DNA from: Adineta vaga
Taxonomy: Eukaryota; Animalia; Rotifera
Length of the DNA stretch: 64,000 bases
Direction: 5' to 3'
Assembly (NCBI GenBank): GCA_021613535.1
Contig: CP075493.1
Coordinates: forward strand, 7,626,001 to 7,690,000
The first letter of the stretch is position 1, and the number at the start of each line of letters is the position of its first letter. The notes under the pieces are model-generated. The model was not told the origin of the DNA. It made no database searches and was given only the letters and a program-made list of their open reading frames with translations. A program made the translations under genes and the position numbers. This document shows, in pieces, positions 60,087 through 64,000 of this stretch.

Positions 60087-61467
60087 TAGCAATATTAAAT
60101 ATTTTTATCTTTAAATAATTAAATGTTGTTTGTTTGCTTATGTGAATGTCACTGTTGGGAAGTTTATTGAAACTGATAGAAAGAATTTCAAATTCTGTAC
60201 TTAGCTATTGTTCGCAAATAAAAGATTTTTTGGACTACAAAACCGTTTTTTTGTCCGTTTGACGCGTAACTGCAAGACATCTATCACAAATAATGGAAAA
60301 TCACAGAAATAAGAAGAACGACATTTCCTTTTCATTAAAACTATTCAATTCAATGATTGTTCAGAAGGATGCAGTTTCTTATTCTTTTTGACATGCAAGA
60401 TCAAATGAAATACATGACATCACACAAAAAAATATAGAATCGTTTGATTCTTTTAAAATTAGTTATTTTAATAAAGCATAAAATATTATATTGTCGCTAT
60501 AAGATTCAAACGTGAAATATACAAGACTATTTATATATCCATGTAGATATTTTCTCAATAGAAATTCTTATACTACAAAGAAGGTCAATCAGATTAGATT
60601 AATCCTGTTAATTAAATAGGAAATAACGGAAAACATAGGAAGTAGGATAAATAGCAACTAGCACAACTAATGTAAATAAACAACCTAAAAGACGTCATAG
60701 ATAGAAATATCTTGTATCCAAAGAAATTTAATCAAATGGTCAATATACAGACAGTTGTTGTTGTATATATTTCAAAAACTTATGATAAAGATATATACTA
60801 GATGAAAGTATATCAATGAATTGTATTTTAGAATACTGATTGATAATTTATTATTGAGAAGACCAGAAAGAAAAAATTTCAATCAAACACACGTATATCA
60901 TTGTTTTTCATATGCTCACTCTAACACTATGCGCTGACTGACAGCAGAATAAAGACAAAAAGAGATGATTAATGAAGAGAAAGAGAAATGATAGTAACAA
61001 GTCTTTACACAAACGTACAAACCACATCCGCACTCACTCTTCAATAAAATATGTATGTATGTGTGTGTATGTTTAATGTTTATATGTATTGTGTAAAAGA
61101 CTGAAAATACAGCAAAATAGAAAATAGAGCAAAAATAGATGAAAATGTAATTGTAGAAAGAGATAGAAAAAAATTTGATGATGATGATGATGATATGATA
61201 AGATAGTTAACAAAGAGACACAGAGGGAACACAAAAATGATGATGACAACGAGCAATCAAATTACCGCGTGTGAAGTAATTCATTTTCCCACAAGTAGAT
61301 CATGACTGTTTATCTTCAATCAGACAATATTCTTGACTAATCGACATACATATATGATTAAGATAAAAATAATTCGTTATCATCAACTACAAATGAGAGA
61401 AGAGAAATATAGAGAAGAAAAAAAGAGAGATTAAAAAAGAAAAGAAAAAAGTTTTAATAGATAACGT

Positions 61468-64000
61468 CTAATGTTTCTTTATTGTTTGTCCAACGTAATA
61501 GTTTCCATTTTGAAAACCACCTTGACCAGCGCTCTGTTGAGTCTTCAAACAAACCGTACAGCGACTGATCTTATTTCGATGATTACCAGATTTCAATGTT
61601 TCTTGACGTGGTACTTCAAATTGATTATTTTGATCAATAACTGTCATCCAATAACTGAATTTATTTGCATAGTACATGCAATTACCATCTGTTCCTGAAC
61701 ATTCAATGAATGGTGTTGCACGGAAATCTTCAAGGCATGAACCAGGACTTGCTAATGATTGACCGCCACCTTGTGCACCGCGACCAAGATGCTATGAAAG
61801 GGAAAAGAAATCAATTTCAGTTGCTATATATATATATATAACTATTTGTCATCAAAACGAAGGACATGCTTTGTTCATCTCATTTATCTTCTAATAAATG
61901 TACACTTACCATAACAAAACTGTAGCCTTGCCATAAGATATTCCATCCATTTGGACATGGAGGTGGTGTCATTGATAAACTATGGAATGACATAACATTA
62001 GCAGGTGCTTCACATACGGCACAACGTGAAATATATGGTCGAATTTGTTCACGTTGAACAGGCATCATTGGCATTGGTTCTGTTGTTGATAAATAGTATG
62101 TTAAGTCATTTGTTTGACCATAATAACAAACGTTTGTATGATCACAACGTAAATATGGTAATGCAGAGAATTTCTGAAGACATGAACCAGCCGAACCTAT
62201 ACAAGAAAAAAGTATTCATATTCGTAATTCGATCGAAGATATTATTTACCAAGATCTTGATGATATCCATGATCATTTCCTTGCATCATGAGTAAACTGT
62301 AACCATCCCAGAGTTTTACCATGCCAGATGGACAATCAGGTACTTGAGCGGATTGTGAATGACGTACAACCATAAAACCAGTTCGTTGAAGGCCAGGACC
62401 AGCTGGACCGGGAGGACCGCTTGCACCTGAATTAAAAAGGAAAAAACCGGTGATTAAGAATGTATAGTTGAGAATTTCCTAGTTTTATACCTGGTGGACC
62501 AGCAATACCGGCAATACCTGGAATACCTGGTGTACCCTAGATCGTAAAAGATCAACATAGCAAATACATAAATAAAATTCTTTAGTTACTTACACGTTCA
62601 CCTTTAGGTCCAACATAACCGGGTAAACCTGGTTGACCTGGTTGCCCAGGTGGACCATTTTCTCCTCGTGGACCAGGTTGACCTATTCATATAAGTATTA
62701 CTTAATAGATCAGATAAAAAAGATTTTATATACAAACCTGGCACTCCTTGAAGTCCTGGTAAACCTGTGGTGAATAAAGAAAAATGTATTGTGAAGTTCA
62801 AAATTACAGTATTCTATTACCTGGTGCGCCCGGTAAACCTGATTCACCTTTCACACCTGGTTGACTAATGTATGGTTGTGCTTGAATACATTCACCTTTT
62901 TGACCCATAGCACCTAGAATTTTGTACGATAAGATATAATTGTTATTTCAAAATGTCACTTCAATAGTTACCGGGTAAACCAGAAGGTCCGGGACGACCA
63001 TCAAAACCACGGTCACCTTTAAGTCCGGGAAGACCTAGATGTAAGAAAAAAACCAATAAGCTTTGACTGAATATTTATTTTATATGCAAATACCTGGATT
63101 GCCTGGGAATCCGCTATTTCCTAGAAAGAAAAAAAAACAACAATAATTATTCAGTTCTAATTCAAAAAAAGAATATTTCTACCTTTTTCTCCTGCAAAAC
63201 CAGGTTGACCTGAAATTTTTCGAAAAGTAAAAGGAACATGTGAAGTACAACTTTATCACAAGAAACAAACCTGGCATTCCAGCGACACCACGGTCACCTA
63301 TGAGGAAAATATATTAGCGTAAAAAAAGAATATAGATATTTTCTTAATTAGCATACCTGGAAGTCCTGGTAATCCATTTGCACCTGGGAATCCATCACGA
63401 CCTTTAGCACCGGGCATGCCTGGCATACCTGGAGAACCAGAAAATCCTTGAAAAAAAAGTTCGATATATTATATTCTTTAATGCATGGTTATTTTTAATA
63501 TTTACCATCTTTGCCTGGTAGACCTGGAGCACCTATAAATATCAAAGACGAAAAGATTAAGAAGTTACTTATCAAATGAAAAACTTTACCTTGTAAACCT
63601 GGAGCGCCTGGAAGACCTGGTAAACCGGTGTCACCTTTCTAATACATCGAGAAGAAATATATAGTTACACAAGCTTCAAAGTAGTTTGATCACTCACAGT
63701 GCCGAGGACGGGTACATTACAATCGCGGCCAGCAAGACCAGGTGTACCAGGGAAACCTGCAGTTCTAAAAAGAAAATATACAATAGTTGGATAAAAAATA
63801 TGTTTAAATTCGAAATTCATACCCTTTCTCTCCGGGAAGACCTGGCATGCCTGTTCAACAAATAAAAATTATATTTTGTTCGAATCTATTGTAAATATCT
63901 TACCATTGAGACCGCCTGGACCAGGTTCACCTTTCAATCCAGATGCTGCATAGCCTAAAAGAGCAGGATAATGGAATTAAATATTTCCTTTATCTTTTAA
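61468..64000 (-). CDS. Collagen IV chain (alpha2-like), 3' part: Gly-X-Y repeats + NC1; 5' end beyond the window
   Basis: NC1 motifs [69 protein letters not shown] and TLKSG...ISRCTVCLK. Many short Gly-X-Y exons. Confidence 0.95.

Overview
AT-rich (about 70%), gene-dense eukaryotic DNA with many 45-70 nt GT-AG introns. It is most consistent with a bdelloid rotifer; this is inferred from composition, intron size and a bdelloid-type GPCR. It is not prokaryotic, and I saw no CRISPR, rRNA or tRNA. About 22 genes were reconstructed by hand. In order: an unknown Ser/Asp-rich gene running off the left edge, ZC3H14-like, CHCHD4/Mia40, alpha-actinin, a single-pass membrane protein (paralog near 27 kb), a signal-peptide + BTB + Cys-domain gene and its broken duplicate flanking a short LETM1-like gene, GON7-like, PIAS, couch potato/RBPMS-like, two GPI-type two-domain three-finger-like paralogs flanking a frameshifted GPCR, GCP6, tropomodulin, RBM48, a MANSC protein, Golgi alpha-mannosidase II, a quiver-like Ly6 gene, stum, Rab34/36 and the 3' part of collagen IV. 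Three observations stand out. (1) Tightly packed co-oriented gene runs whose downstream members have an apparently unpaired splice acceptor at or just before the ATG, a candidate operon/SL trans-splicing organisation. (2) A UGA-CAA-UCA readthrough-type context with a 58-codon open extension in the cpo-like gene. (3) An apparently secreted BTB fusion with a microbial-looking Cys domain. Exon boundaries are manual and unverified by transcript data.
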